NCBI RefSeq assembly: GCF_009914755.1
Contig: NC_060925.1
Source of the DNA: the human T2T-CHM13v2.0 reference genome, Homo sapiens
Length of the DNA stretch: 64,000 nucleotides
Direction: 5' to 3' (one strand)
The notes below the pieces were generated by a model. That model did no database searches and had not been told where the DNA came from. It saw only the letters and a program-made list of their open reading frames with translations. Of this stretch, positions 37,086 through 52,829 are shown piece by piece. The position numbers and the translations under genes were made by a program. Positions within the stretch are counted from its first letter, which is position 1. Each line of letters starts with the position of its first letter.

Positions 37086-40000
37086 TCTCTTGATAGGACC
37101 TTATCTTAAACTTCAGTGGAAGCCAATGAAGGCAAGCCATGCATTTTGAGAAAAATTACTCTGCATCCATATAGAGAATAGAGGAGGCAGCGTTTCAGAA
37201 TATTGTGATGACAGATACTTTGACCCTCGGCTAGCTTGGGGCAGTGCTGTGGGGCTGGAGAGGCCTGGCTGCATTTGCATTTAAGAATCACTTAGGAGGT
37301 AAATGTATTTACTTGGTAACTGAACAAGGTGATAGAAGGGGAAGCAGCTTGGGACTGTGGGTGATGTCATGTTAAGTTCGAGGTTCTTGGAGGTATTTGG
37401 GGGGCAGGGTGGGGTCAGAGTTTGAGTTTCAGTGGTTATTAGGTTCCAGGCAATAGACCAAAAGGAAAGCATTTCATTGGGGAATGTAGTTATGTTTCTT
37501 AATTTGAGTTGCTTGTCAGGCTGCAGTTTTGTGGATAAATAACTCCTTTGTCTTCTGGTGACACATGTTAAACCTTCATAAACGGGGAGGGGAATGGCAG
37601 CCTTTCCCAAAATATAGGGAAATCACATAAGGAAGAATATCTTATTTTTCAAACTTAAAATAAGATTTTGTTATATTTAGTAAAGCCAATAAAATGTAAC
37701 ATTATTCATGGACTTGGACCCTTGACATTCTCAGAGGGTTCATCCATGACCTTGGTGAGTCTCCAAAATCATGAATGTCATCATGGCATATAATTTCCAC
37801 CATAAAGTACGGTAAAGTGTAGCTGAAAAATGTAAAGAATCTTTTTAGACTCTTAATGGTTCTATGAATATGGGGCCAAAGTAATTTCTAAAGCTACTTA
37901 AATAAATTTTGCCATTAAAATAAACTTCTTACTTCATTACCTTATATCTTTACCTTATTAACGCCCTATTTCCCTGACTCTGTGAAGAAAAAATTGATCA
38001 CAGTATGAGAATTATTGTGCGGATGTCGATGAGAAAGTAAGGAGAGCTAAGTGGTACTGGGACACAAATGCCAGTGTTAGGAGTGGTCATTCACTAGCTG
38101 AGTGGCTGGCAAGTACACTCTGGCCTCCTGGCAGCCCCATTCAAATTTGTGTCTCAGCAAATTACCTCATGACAGGGACCTTTTGGATTACTCACTGGGG
38201 GTTTTTATCATTCATGCATATTCAGTCTGCAAATGCCAATGCAGGGCTATCTGTAGCTCAAATGAAATCCCCAGAATTTGCAACAGTTTCTCTGTGCTGC
38301 TCTTCTAAGTTTCTCTTTCTGTCTCCTCATGGTAAGTCCCTTGCTTCTATTAACACCTTTAAAGCTGTTTCACAGTTCCTTGCTCACACTTGTCTCTCCC
38401 AATAAGCTGTTCACTCCTCAAGAGAATGCACCATCGTGCCCTGTTGCCCAGCCTAGTGCGTGGCACCTAGGTGCTGCTCAATAAACATTTGAATGACTAA
38501 AAGTATTCTTAAAAATCCAATAAAACATTTCCCATACATCATATTTAGTAGAATGCCAATAAAATGTAACATGATTCACAGACATGGACCCTTGACATTC
38601 CCTATAAGCTTCCCTATAAGCTCTGTCTCAATACCTGCAGCAAGCATATGTTTTTATTCTAATTCTTTCTGCACTGTACCTCTTTGTCCCCCCACTCTTT
38701 TCTTAATGTGGCTCCTTGATGTTAAGTGATGCCCTTTGTCTTCGAGCACTATACATGATCTCAAGGGTTATCAGTTCTAGACACCACGAAAATGGGAAAG
38801 CTCCAATGACAAGACCTTGACAACAATCATTCCTTGTGAATAACTTCATTGGAGTTCATTCTCAGGGCACAGAACAAATGATCCTTTGTACTTCAAGCTT
38901 CTGATGTTCTTGGGCATGACAGAGCTCCTCAGTTCCCTGAGTTAGAGCTGTGCTGTGCACTCTCCAGGATGTTGGCCTCTGTGTCCCCTTTACAATCCAC
39001 TCCTTTAGCTGTAGATGACTCGGTCCTTCCAGAAGCAGGGTGATCTCTGACTTTATTTTTCCTCTTGATTGACTCATTACTCAATTTGTCAAGTGAGCTT
39101 TTTAGAAACTCTGGGTCACAAGGGCCTATTTTCTAGTTGACCTTGGCAAGGGTTTTCAGAGACTATAGAACAGACTACCAAGAGATGTTGAGGAATTGCC
39201 TCTGGAGCTGTTAAAAACAGACATGGATTTCCGTCTCACTTAGATGGCCCAAAGACAGGCAAGAGGTTAGCCTCAGGCCCAAGACTGCAGGATTAAGGAA
39301 ACAGCTCCTTCTTGATTGTGAGCTCTCCCTACCACTACTTCAGAGCCAGGGTTACTAATTTCTCTTCTAGAACAGGCTAAGAAACTCAACATGGAGTGGA
39401 ATATGGCAAGGGACTCAGGCACTTTGCAGAAGTCATTCAGCCCAAGATGTGGCAGCTATTGTGTGGTTCAAGTAGTCAATATTTATCAAGCTTTTTCCAC
39501 TAGCCTTGCATTAGATTAGGCCACAGAAACTATGAAGAAGGATACCTTGGTTCCTCAGCTATTCTGTTGTAGGTCTGCTGTGCCTATCTCTGCTGCTTTC
39601 AAAGTCCTTTTCTCTGTCCTGATCTGTCAGATTTGGCACTCTTGAAAGAAAACTACTTTTAATCCCGTGATTCTGCAAATCCTGATTCTTCTCTTAGCTT
39701 CTCTGACTCCTCTTGCTTTCCTCATTTTCCAGGGTCATACTTCCTAAGGGTCTCCCCTCTTCTTCCTGAACTCCCTCAGGGTATTTATCCATGTTTTAAC
39801 TGGTATTTTTCATGGATGTCTTCCAAGTTTGTCTTGCCAGCCCAGCATTTCTCCTGAACTCAAGGTCAGCAGACCCATCTGCCTGCTAGATGTTTTCATT
39901 TGGATGTACTGCTGTATCCTCCTCCATCACAATGAGTTTTGATACCTCTCTTTCTGTGAGCCATTGTTTCTTCCAGACTACCCTGTTCCTGGCTGAAGGC

Positions 40001-41296
40001 GCCAGTGTCTTCCTACTCTTAAAGTCCAGAACCATCTTGGGCTCCTCCCTCTTCATCTTTGCTACACTCAATCTAACACATCAAGTCAGAGCAAATTTTG
40101 ATCATGTATTTCCCTACTGTGGAAACCTTCTGTGTTTTCTTATTACTATTAAATTCATCACAAATCCCTCAGGTTGGTATTGAAGTGCTGCACCATGATG
40201 GGACCCCAACCAACCTGCGTTTCTAGCCTTCTTTCCCTCTATTTCCTGCCCACCCTGGGCCTCAGGTCAAGCAGATGACTCACCAGTCCTTCAGCAGTTT
40301 CCTATTCTCTGTTTTGGTTAGGCCATGTCCTCTGACTGTATGTTTAAGCCCCACCCTGTTCCATGACAATTACAATAACCATGTGTATCTCATTTATTCC
40401 TGGCATAAGTCTATATCATTATCCTCTTTTACATATAAAGGTACAGTGGAAAAGAGAGTAAGGAACTTCCCCAAGGTCACAACTGGCAACTGGCCAGGCT
40501 AGGACTCAGACCTCCATCTGACCACACGTTAATGACCCTCTAGCTCCTGTGAGAACTTCTGGGAGCACTTCAGCTATATAAGATCTTTCCCACCCTAGAG
40601 TCCTGCTGAGAACATGTATAACTGATGCCTGTAGAACTGAGTAACTGATGCCTGAATGAATAAAATAACAAGGTTTTGTAATAGATTTATAGAAAGCTCA
40701 AAGGAGAAGGAAGAATCAAGGATAAATCCAAGAGGCTAATAGCTTAAAGGACAGTAATACCATTGTCAAGGTGAATCACGTGAGACGAAGAGAGTTTAGT
40801 GGGTTGAGAACTACAATGATCTTGATGTTAAAGTATCCAAGTGTTCAAGTGAAGATACCCTGTAGGGGAAGTCACTAATGAACACATCTTGTTTGAGTGG
40901 TCATTTTAGAAATTATAGCTTAGTACAACTCCTTCCTTCCTTCTCCTGTTTCTCCCTCCTTTCCTTTCTATCCCTTTCTTTCCCTTCTTTACTTTCTTCC
41001 AGAAATATCAATAAGCCTTTTCTTAGTGCCTGTTGTTATGATGGTGCTTAGAGATTCTGAGACATATAATATACTACATGTAGTTCTTACCTTATTAATA
41101 GCACTCACACTTTTAAAAATACAATTTATTTACATGTCTCTCTCGTGAATACATTATCATTGTCTTGGGTTTGTGCATTGTATTTAATTTGATTTTTTGT
41201 CCTCAGTTCTAAGCACAGTGCCTGGCACTTTGTGTGTGCTCAAATGATAATGAGTAAGAGGTGAGGAGTAGGGGAAAGGGTATTACAGGTTAAGAC

Positions 41297-41417
41297 CAGT
41301 GCTTCTCAAATTATTATGCACATACACATCACCCGGGAATCTTGTTAAAATGCAGATTCTGATTCAGTAGGTCTCAGGTGGGGCCTGAGATTCTGCATTT
41401 CAAATGAGCTTCTAGAT
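41297..41417. mobile_element. MER5 (hAT-Charlie) DNA transposon remnant
   Basis: CAGTGCTTCTCAAA terminus; CTTGTTAAAATGCAGATTCTGATTCAGTAGGTCTCAGGTGGGGCCTGAGATTCTGCATTT. Confidence 0.85.
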
Positions 41418-41619
41418 CTTTGTTACTCAAAATGTAGTTTGAGGACCAGCAGCATTGGCATTCAAGTTCAAGAAGCTCGATAGAAGGGGTAATGTTCTAG
41501 GGAGAAGCAGGAAGTTTAGTATGGCAAGCATAGCACATGGGGTGCAGGGATGGGGAGAGGTAAGGTCAAAAAGGGAGAGAAGGACCAGAGCCTACAGATC
41601 CAAATGTCTACATGAGGCA

Positions 41620-41860
41620 GTGGGAGGTATAGTGAAAAGCTAATGCAACTGGACTCAGACATACATGAGTTCTAATCTCACCTTGGACAAGTAATAGCTG
41701 TATGCTTTCCGTATCCCTAGGCCTCATGTTCCTTGTCTATCAAATGAGAATAAGGAGAACACAATGTCTTTTTTATGAGATTGTCATGTGCATGAGCTGA
41801 ATGTAAATCTCCTACTACAATGCCTGGCCTGTGGTAGGTACTCAATAAATGGTAGTGAGC
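41620..41860 (+). mobile_element. MIR (MIRb-like)
   Basis: ATAGTGAAAAG...GACTCAGAC...ATCAAATGAGAATAA...ACAATGCCTGGCCTGTGGTAGGTACTCAATAAATGGTAG. Confidence 0.7.
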
Positions 41861-43603
41861 ATTGTCACCATTGCATGTGAGGGACAATGTGATAGAGAAA
41901 ACATAATCCCTGCCTATAGGAATTTCCAAAGTGGTCCGTTTCCAAAATGAGCCTCCTGGCTATGGCCCCTCCATTTTTCCTGTTTCAGTTTCATGACTGA
42001 CGTGGGTAAATAGTCAATTGGTTGCACAGCTTGAGGCCCTGGGTGGGATTACCACTTGCAGAGAAACCCAGGTCCCTAAAACCATCAGCAGAAGGTCATT
42101 ACCTTCTCTGGATTTGCTTTGGACTGATTCACATTTCTTTTAGTCACCTTTCCTCTTTTTTCTCTTCTTACTTCACCCATAGGTTTCCCTACCAAACACT
42201 GTCTGATCTTGGATAAGGTGTATTTTACCGTGATCCCTCTGCATGGGTCAGAGACTGGGATTTAGTCTGAGGATTTATCCAGCGTCATATTAGAGCAGCA
42301 GCTCAGTGCTGGTGCATGTCTGCAGGCGTTCCTCATCAGCAGGGTTGGCGGCTGTCCAGCTTGCTGCTGTGTGGAAGGCAGAGTCACCCCTTGTCCTCTC
42401 CAACTCCCTTGCCATTGCCACTATTCAATCCTCATTCACTAGGAGATCCACTGGTCTCCAAAGGGTCTACACTGCAGGAGAAGAAGGATATAAGAGAATT
42501 TCTATTTTCCATTATTTTAAACATTTTATGTTAAAATTTATATTTGATGTATGTTTTATTTATTTATCAGTGTTGTGCTACTGACATATATCATTTATAA
42601 ATAAATAAACCTAAATGGCAACCACTGATCTAGACAATTGCAATTCCTTCTAACTGATCTCATCTCAATCCTTTTTTTTATATTACACTCTGAATTATCT
42701 TTCAAAAACACACTTCTTATTGTTCACTGGCTTATCTGAAGCCATTCATTCACTTATTCATGCATTCATTCATTCATTCACTTGCTGAGCAGCTGCCATC
42801 TGTCAGCCGTTGAATGAGGTGCTGGACAGATGAAGACAGACAAGATACTGCCCTTGTCCTTACAGAATTCAGGGCTCCTTGTGACCTCCTGCTCCCCCGG
42901 GTGGTGAAAAAGACTTTGTAATCTGGCCCCTTCCTACAGCCTAAACTCTCACCCCTCCACTCACATTTAGCCACATCAGGGTTCTTAGTGTTGCCCAAAC
43001 AGTTTGCCATGTGCTTTTTATTTTTCATCCCACAAGCATGTACACTCTGTGAGGGCAGGGGTCCTTGCCTTTTTGTTCACTAATCAATCCCAAAAGCTTA
43101 GTACAGCACCCAACATAGAGTGGACACTTAAATATTTATTGAATGCATGAATGCCTTGCATATGTTGATTCCTCTTCTTTGAGGTCTTTCTATCTGATGA
43201 ATGTCTGTCCACCCTTTAAAAGTCACTTCCTCTGTGAAGCCTTGAAGCCTCCCTGCTCCCTGGCCCCCACATACATACCCTCCCATGCACAGTGAGCTCT
43301 TTTTCCTGGCTGCTCTGGTGAATATTCCTCCACATTAGCAATTGCCAGGGTGTCCTGCAACTGCTTGTTTATGTGTCAGTGTCTTCTGCTAGTGTATATG
43401 CTCCTTCTGGGGTTGTCACTATATGTTTTTCATTTTTATATCCTGGTGCCTATTTCAGACTAAATATTTAATAATAGTTTCAGAAAGGAAAGGGGGATGG
43501 AAGAAGTGAAAGCTGATGTCCTTGTAGATCTTGCTGGGTAGAGAAACTGTGATGTATAAAGGGCTAGGTCAGGCCCTGGTGGTCTTCCCTTCAATCACCC
43601 TCT

Positions 43604-44037
43604 TGTAAAGTATTGAATTTTGCCCCCTGGAAGAGATCTTGAAGTTCAAACCCCCAGTAACTCAGAATGTGACCTTATTTGGCACAGTGTTGTTGCAGTT
43701 GTAATTAGTTAGGAGGTCATGCTGGAGAAAGTGTGCCTTTAATCTAATATGAGTCGTCAGTCCTTATAAGAAGACACCGGTGCACTGAGAGAATACCATG
43801 TGATGACAGAGGCGGAGACTGGAATCATGCAACCAAGGAAAGTCAAGGATGGATGGTCACCACCAAAAGGAAGAGGCAAGAAAAGATTCTACCTGGAGTC
43901 TCGGAGGGAGCATGCCCTGCTAACACCTTGATTTTGGACTTCTAGCCTCTAGAACTGGGAGAGAATAAAATCTCTGTTGTTTAAAGCCATGCAGTTTGTG
44001 GTGCTTTGTTGTTACAGCAGCGTAGGAAACTGGAACA
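43604..44037 (+). mobile_element. MLT1C/B-like MaLR solo LTR
   Basis: TG...CA ends; CTCAGAATGTGACCTTATTTGG; ACACCTTGATTTTGGACTTCTAGCCTCTAGAACTG; AATAAA. Confidence 0.85.
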
Positions 44038-44349
44038 TCTCCCTGACTTCAGCTGAGGCCACCAGCTCCTCCCTGCAGGCTCAGCATCACCCCTGCCTGG
44101 ACAATTAAGTTACACCTGACTAAGGTGTGCCAGAGGCCCAGCGACACCCTCTGAGCCTTAGCAGTGCCAGCGTATCCTGGTTGTGGGCTGAATCTGATCT
44201 AGAGCCTTGTTCCCAAGGCCCACTTTGGTCTCTGGTCCTTGTCACAGAGTTTCCACCTCTTTCCTAGGATCCACTCTTTACCCTATGCCCCACTTCTAAG
44301 AACTGGCATCCCTCTGTTTTCTTGAGTGTCCCAACGGGATTCTCCACAT

Positions 44350-45372
<1,023 letters not shown>

Positions 45373-47728
45373 GGTTGAGACCTTGTCTTGGTAACCTGCT
45401 TAGTATCCCAGTCCTTCTAGAGACGTTGTCCTACTTCACTCTCAACACTCCCTCACTCCCTTGAGTGGGAGAAAGATCCCCTAACTCCACCTTAGTGCAG
45501 GGGCCATGCTAGTTACTCTCAGACTTCCTTCGCACTACCTGCTTCTGGCTGCTCCTGGATCTGTTTGTTATGTCCCCTGCCAGGGCATATTCATCGTTCC
45601 ATCTTGGAAGCTCTAGTGCCAAGGCCAGGGCTCCTTGATGCCGTGTTATACCTGTGGGACTAGAAACATTTCTCTCTGCACTTGCTTTGGGATCTCCACA
45701 TTAGTTCCAGGTCCCACCCCTCCTGGTCTGCCCCATCCAAATTGTGTCAGGGTCAAGTGTCTGCAGACACAACAAGAGGATTCAAGAAGCCAGTGATGGG
45801 ATCTTCAGGGATCGACTGTTCAGGGAGTGCTGCTGTATGCTGTGTTTACTTAGAAAATGCAACGTGTGCCTCAGTTCAGGCTAAATAAACACAACATGAG
45901 GGCAGAAACCTTCATGGCATTTACCACTAAGATAAGTAATTATTTTTATTACTGCTAGAAACTATTGATTTATGAATAGAAAGGAAGTCCAAATCACATT
46001 AAAATAAATGGAATGAGCAGGAAGAAAGGAATAAATAGGAAGAAATAATACAAAAGGGAAGGAGAAAACCTGAGAATCCCTTTACGTTGGGTATTGTGTT
46101 TACTGGAAGAGAAACTAATTTTATCTATATCACTCAATAAGTATCACACACAGTGGAAGCAAAATAACGTTAGTGTTTACACTTCCTGAGGCGGCTGGGG
46201 ACAATAGCCACAATCCTGCACTGACTTGAGATAAGCATCGAGCAGGTCACACAGCACAATTTCATTTCCCAAGCCCCTCGTGGTGCTAGATGGGGAAGGC
46301 TATGCTATTTCCCTAAAATGTTTGAAGCACAATTGATTATGTCTTACATAAGCCCTCAGGCTGGCACTGGGAGCTTTATAGGAAAGTGTGCATCTGAGAC
46401 TTTTTGCCTTTCCATTAACAAAGGACTGGTAGTGGTAGTAACTCCTTTGGTGTTGGGCAAGTCACAGAAATTCTTTGAGCCTCAGCTTCTTTGTTTGCAT
46501 TTGTAATTCAAAAATATCTTCATGGCTGTTTCCAGATTTCCTCCTGTTTTTGTCTTTGGAAACCCCTTGATAACTGCCTAGGACAAGAGATGAGTATCTG
46601 ATAAGGAAATTGAGATCTCATAAAAAGATGCTAGTCAGTTCTTTCATAGAAATGAATATGAGTTTGGGGGATGGGAAGAGACTAGGATAAAGAGAAGACA
46701 AGGGAGAGAGGAGAGAGTGAATGGCCTACTAAGATGTGTATGGAGATCTACCCATTAGAATAGGGAGGTCCGATATTCAGTTTTAAGTGGTTTCTATTAT
46801 ACTTTCATGTGAGAGACCCACTTCTCCGTATCTCCAAGTCTTCAACACAGTATGCTTTACATACACAGTCCCTGCATGTATATGTGTGTGTCTGTACGTA
46901 GATTGAAGAATAAGAATGAGTTCTAAAGCTGGGTTAATTCTAGGGCAAATCTATAGAAACAACTATGAGACAAAGTGGAGACCAAGAGTTGAGAAGTTAC
47001 ATGAAGTCAGAGTCAAGGGAGACTATGAGGACATAAGCCCCCTGAAATTGACAGAAATCTTGAAAAGGAAATTGGATTTCCTAGTGACATGGGATGAGAA
47101 TTTAAGTCAATCTAAATCTTTCTCAAGGAGAAGGAAAACCTGAGCACACCTGGGTCACATATAAAATGAGAAAAATAAGGATGACACAAGAGCAGAAATC
47201 TTTGTGGACACCACCTTCGGAATGAGTAATTATTTTTATTACTGCTAGAAACTGCCCTGCCTTGATTACCTTATATGGTTGTCATGAGTTGAGAAGAATA
47301 ATGCATGTGAAAAGATTATTGATGTCAGATATTGTTGTTACTATTTTAGGGGACTTAAAGCCTTCTCTGCTTGTGTCCCAGACTTTATCACCCAATTTCC
47401 AATCTGGAAAGCATTACACAAAGGTTATTTTTTTTTATTCTTGTTTGTTGGAGATCAAGGGCCACCCCATGGGACAGCATCTTCCTGAGCATGCTATGGT
47501 AATAGCTAAAATAAATGCAAAGCTGAGCAATTTGGCAGCGGTCTAGAGAGACTGAGCAATTTCCTGCTTGAAAAAGAAATTAAAATACTACATTAAACTT
47601 ATGAAAAAAATGAGTGACCAATCAGAGGCAATTCAGCTCCTTTTCTAGATGAGAGAGAGTGATGGGTCCTGAAAAGGGGATTCTAAAGAAGTTCTCAAGG
47701 TAAGGAGTAGAAGCAAAAGCCAAAGTGA

Positions 47729-48047
<319 letters not shown>

Positions 48048-49909
48048 TTCTGTATTTGATCTAAGGTTTACAGGGATGTAGAAACAATTGAGCAGAATGT
48101 GTAAAGGTGAAGACATCTGAGCAGAAATGGTAAAAACCAAAAAACAGACTGGGAAGTTAGTGTGATGAGATATGTGCCAAACAACAAGAAAACCACTCCC
48201 AGGCACATTAGACGAGGGCAGTGACCCCCAACACCACCCAGGTGGAAGCCACTGTCACCATGGAACTGGCAGGCTTTGTCCAGAAGATTAGATGATTTCT
48301 AAGATGTAAAATGGTAAACTTTCCAGGCATCAATCGGGAAATTGTAGGGCTCTCCTCGTTGGTTTCCTCTCTTTCAGGAAAGCCTATTCTTTACTTCCTG
48401 TTGTCCAATGTCTGAAATCTTGTTTCATAAAGTTTGTTCAGTTTTTAAATTATTTAAGGAGGGAAAGAAACTTAGGCTATTTTTATTCCATCTTGGTTGG
48501 AAGTGAAAGTAGACATAAAATAGCTTAAGGTGAAATTGCTTAAAGATCTGACTTTTATGGAGCCTCAGATTCAAAAAATAATGCCATGTTCATGAAATCC
48601 TAGAACACGAAAACCCTAGAGTATCTAGGGAGCAAGAGGACAATCTCAACATGCCTAAAATCTGCACAGTTTGTTCCTTTCTGCCTCAGATAGAAGCACA
48701 TGCTGGGCCCTGCTGAAAGCTTTGCTAGAGTAAGACAGAGGAGCCCCCAGTCATCACTGGATTCTGAGGCTCTGAGCTTACCCTTCATTTCAGTGAATCC
48801 ACCTGCCCCACCCAGGGCCCTGGTCGCAGTAGATTTGCCTGGTTTCCTTGAAGACTATTTCTACCCACATTTCAAGGGAAACAGGCCTGAGCCCCATGGG
48901 GCCTACTAACACCTCAACATTAAAATTCAAGACTGAGACATGAAGCCATCCTCCCAGGGCTTCAATTCTGGCTGGCCATAGGAGATGATGAGGAAGTAGG
49001 ACGGAGTGAGTTTAAAACACAATTAACTCTGTAGCAGCAGACTTATGATAAATTACTTTCTTTCCTTACAGAAATTCAGATTTCCTGGGTTGGAGGGACC
49101 TGTTGAAATAAGGAGTAAGAGCTGGGCAGCTTCCTGTGCTGTAGGGGAACTGATGGCCTGGATGGTTGAGCATCCCTGATGACTGCCCTCTGGGAAAAAG
49201 ATCTTGAAATAGAATTCTCAGGAGGCTAAGCCTCTCCCCGAGGCTTAGAATCCTTGTTTCAGAGAGTCTGGCCAAATGGCCTAGAAGATTCTTTTCTGGT
49301 ACTCCTTGGAAGTCAATATCATTTCCCTTCCAGTTTCTTTTTATTGAATCAGAGAATAGAATTGAATAGAAACCAATATCAAGGAGGTGCAGTCAGGGTG
49401 GCCATGACAAGGGAAGATTCCGCCTCCTTGAGTGACCATGAAGCCTTTTTTGTTAGGGCAAACTGTGATGGTTCCTATAATGATGATACATTACTGTAGT
49501 GATGACAGACACCAGGTGTCATTTCTGTGCACAATACATAGCAGGCCCTGTTGATTACAGAGTATGAGCACAGGTGTGTTCAATGCTTCTGAATCAGCAG
49601 CAGTGCCCAACATAGGTCAGGACACACAATAGGTATATAGCAAATGCTCACTGAATGAACAAGCCAGAGAGTTCCATAATTGTCATGGACTTGGACAGGG
49701 CCATGTTTATTGAGCTCTTCCCGGGTGGATGGCACCAACAATGTGTCATACAAAACTCAAAACACCTCACCTGCCACAGGGAGTTTTCCATTCTGGGAGT
49801 AAAAACTGTAGTACAAAGTTGTCATCTCTACAAAAGCAGTGTCTCACAAGTCCCTGGAGAAAGAGATCACTTCATTCTATCTTTTTGCTTAAACAGTAGC
49901 CCTCTGCGG

Positions 49910-50406
49910 CACTATCTGTCTGTTTTCTAATCAGCATGTTCTGAAACCCTTCCTATGTTTAGGACATTTTCTGCATTGTAAATCTCACCTCCTTAAAAGG
50001 AAAGCCAGATATTTGCTTTCCCACTTCCTTGCAGCTAGAGCATATTTACCAGATCCAAGTTTTGCCAATCAGACCCATGGATGGAAGACTTCAATTAGGG
50101 AAAGAACAGAGTGAGGAAGCAAGGGCTGTAACCATTTTCTGATGAGGATAACTATGGGGCACTTGGTTGTTAGGGGTAACAGAGGCAGAGTTTTGGGCTT
50201 CCAGGGCCCAGTATCAGGGCTGTGGTCTCCGTTGGAGCCAACCACAGTGTGGTCCAAGTGTTTTCCCTGATCATGTTACCTCCAAGCCTGGCTTTCTGAC
50301 CCTCCTGGAGGTTTTCTGAGCTACCCAATATCTTTTAATAAATTCTTTTTCTGCTTAAGGTAAATGGAGGCGGTTCTGCTATGTGTAACTGAGAACCTGA
50401 TAGATA
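49910..50406 (+). mobile_element. LTR33-like ERVL solo LTR
   Basis: CCTTGCAGCTAG...GCCAATCAGA; 3' end GAGCTACCCAATATCTTTTAATAAATTCTTTTTCTGCTTAA...GAGAACCTGA. Confidence 0.7.
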
Positions 50407-52446
50407 ACTCCTCTTGGTTGTTGGTTGTTAAGGGCCAGTGCTTCCTGTTTATGTGAATGCAAATTAAACTCATTTGTTCTGTGATTCAAGGTACAACTTT
50501 CTAAGGGTTGCTAGGTCAGAATGAGCAAGCAGGTCCCAAATTACCCTTGAAGGAGTGAGTAGAAATCTCACTTCTGAAAGCTTCCTTACAGTTTCTGCAT
50601 TCTAAATATACTCAGAATGAATCACATTAGTTTGCTTCTGTGCCTGGACCATCCAGTTTTGGTAAGTACACCTGGATACCCAAGCCAGGGACGTGCAGTC
50701 ATCCCAGACTCTTCCTCTCTCTCACCTCCCAGTCACAAGCTTCTAGAATTTCATTTCATTACTATTGTTTAAGTTATTGCTCTTCTGCACATCCCGACAG
50801 CTCCTGCCCTGGCTTAGACCTCCAATCATAGTATGTGCCTCCCCGTTCAGCTCCCTGCCTCTAGCCTCTTCACATTTCAGGCCATCTTCCATGTCACTCA
50901 ATTTAGTTAGGTCACTCTCCCTTCTAGGAGGAGACGAGTTTTTGAGCTTCTTTGTGATCTTGCCCCAGACAACTGTTTTAAACTCACTTCCTGCTACTTT
51001 CTCATCATCTCCTGTGTCCAGCCACCCACCAGTCTCCAAACACCAGGTTCTCATTGCAGCATCTTAAGAGTGCACTGCTCTTTCTTCTCGAAATGTCCTT
51101 TATCAAATCATGCATTTGGCATACTCCTACTCATCCTTCAAGATTTTGTGAGAATGCCACCAACTCTGGGAGACAGATTCTGCCATTTCCAGCAACGTGA
51201 AGTGCTTTTGTTCCCCCCCTTTGCTCCCAAGGCACCATTCCCCATTCTTCTAGTATATCACTTAACCACTTCAGTGTAGTTATTGACTGAAGCATGTATC
51301 TTTCCATTAGACGATGAGGATGTGAGAGGTAGAGCTGGAGTCTTCTTCATCTATGAATCTCCAGGGCTGAGGATGGTGCCTGACACTTAGTAGGTACTCA
51401 GCTCATTCTTAAGAAATTAATTAATTAATCAATCAATCATAAAAGCAATTTCAGGAAAGAACCTTGAAACTAATCTAAAACTTTGGGAACCTGCACTTCC
51501 AAATAGAGGCTGTTATTAAAGTAATACGATTCTATTCACTCCAACCATACATGTCTTCTCTTCACTGGGCCAAAGGCACCCTCACCCCCCAGGGGAATTT
51601 TTCTGCACAGGCAGCTTAAAGGCAGACCCAGAAAAAGAAATTACATGTACCTGCTAATTTACAAACACCTAGATATCTGGAATAGTAACTAACACAGAGC
51701 TCACTAATAGTTGAGTAATTAATAGTTAAACATTGGCATTTAACAAAATGATGTTTTCCCCCTTTTCTACCCAAGCAATGAGTTTAAGTTGAAAATGCCC
51801 AAAATGGCTTGAAATGGGAGGAAATCATTCCAGACACCACGTGTATTTAAAAGGCAGTGCCACTTGTGGGCGTTCTTCATTGCTATCATTAACCACAACG
51901 GTAACAGCAAGCATTTACTGAACCCCCACCAGCCAAGGCAGAGGTGCAGAATTGAAGGCAGGGCCACTTTCACAAAAGACTCTCATACAAAAACAAATTA
52001 TGCCTGCAAATTAAATAAATTTGAAGGGAGACAGGTGATAATTCACAATCCAAAAAGACCCTTAGCTATACCAAAGGATCTCCCACAGGGCTCTTTTGAA
52101 TAGGAAACTCTGTGAGAGCACTTAAAATATCATTGAGTTTATAAGGAATCGATTAAGAACTAATTCTTTTAGAAACCAATCTATTGCACAATGGGGGTGT
52201 AGCTCCCTTTAGAATTGCAGCTCCAATTTTTGCCTTGTCAGCAACCTTCACACAGCAACACTATGCAAAGGAAAGTATATGGACAGGGTCTGGAACCTGG
52301 GCTTGAGTCTGGCCTTTGGCCATGCTGACTGAGCATAGGCAAGCTAGCCTCAGTGTTTTCATCTGAAACTGGGACAAACAATCTTGGAGCAAGAGGTGAA
52401 AAAGAGACTGAATGTGAAGGGGCCCATGACATAGGTGGTTGTTCAT

Positions 52447-52829
52447 TCATTAGCTTGCTAGGACTAGCATAATAATTTACCACAAATTGAATTACTTAAA
52501 CAACAGAAATTTATTGCCTCACAGTACTGGAGGTTGGAGATACGGGATCAAGGCGTTGGTGGGAGTGGTGCCTTCTGAGGGCTGTTCCACATCTCTCCCC
52601 TAGCTTCTGGTGGCTTGCTGGCGATCTTTGGTTTTCTTGGCTTCTGTTGTGTCACCCCAATCTTTGCCTATATCATCATATAGAGTTCTCCCTGTGTCCA
52701 CATCCAGTATGACCCCATCTCAACAGATCTGTAATGCCCCGATTTCCAAGTAAGTTCACATTCTGAAGTACTGGGGGTTGACACTTTAACATACTAATTT
52801 TGGTGGGGCACCCAAATCACACCATAACA
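52447..52829 (-). mobile_element. MLT1B/C-like MaLR solo LTR
   Basis: CTTAAACAACAGAAATTTATTGCCTCACAGTACTGGAGG...GTTCACATTCTGAAGTACTGGGGGTT...ACCATAACA. Confidence 0.82.

Noticed and set aside
41349-41400. Hairpin AATGCAGA...TCTCAGG/CCTGAGA...TCTGCATT
   Set aside because: Intrinsic palindrome of MER5.
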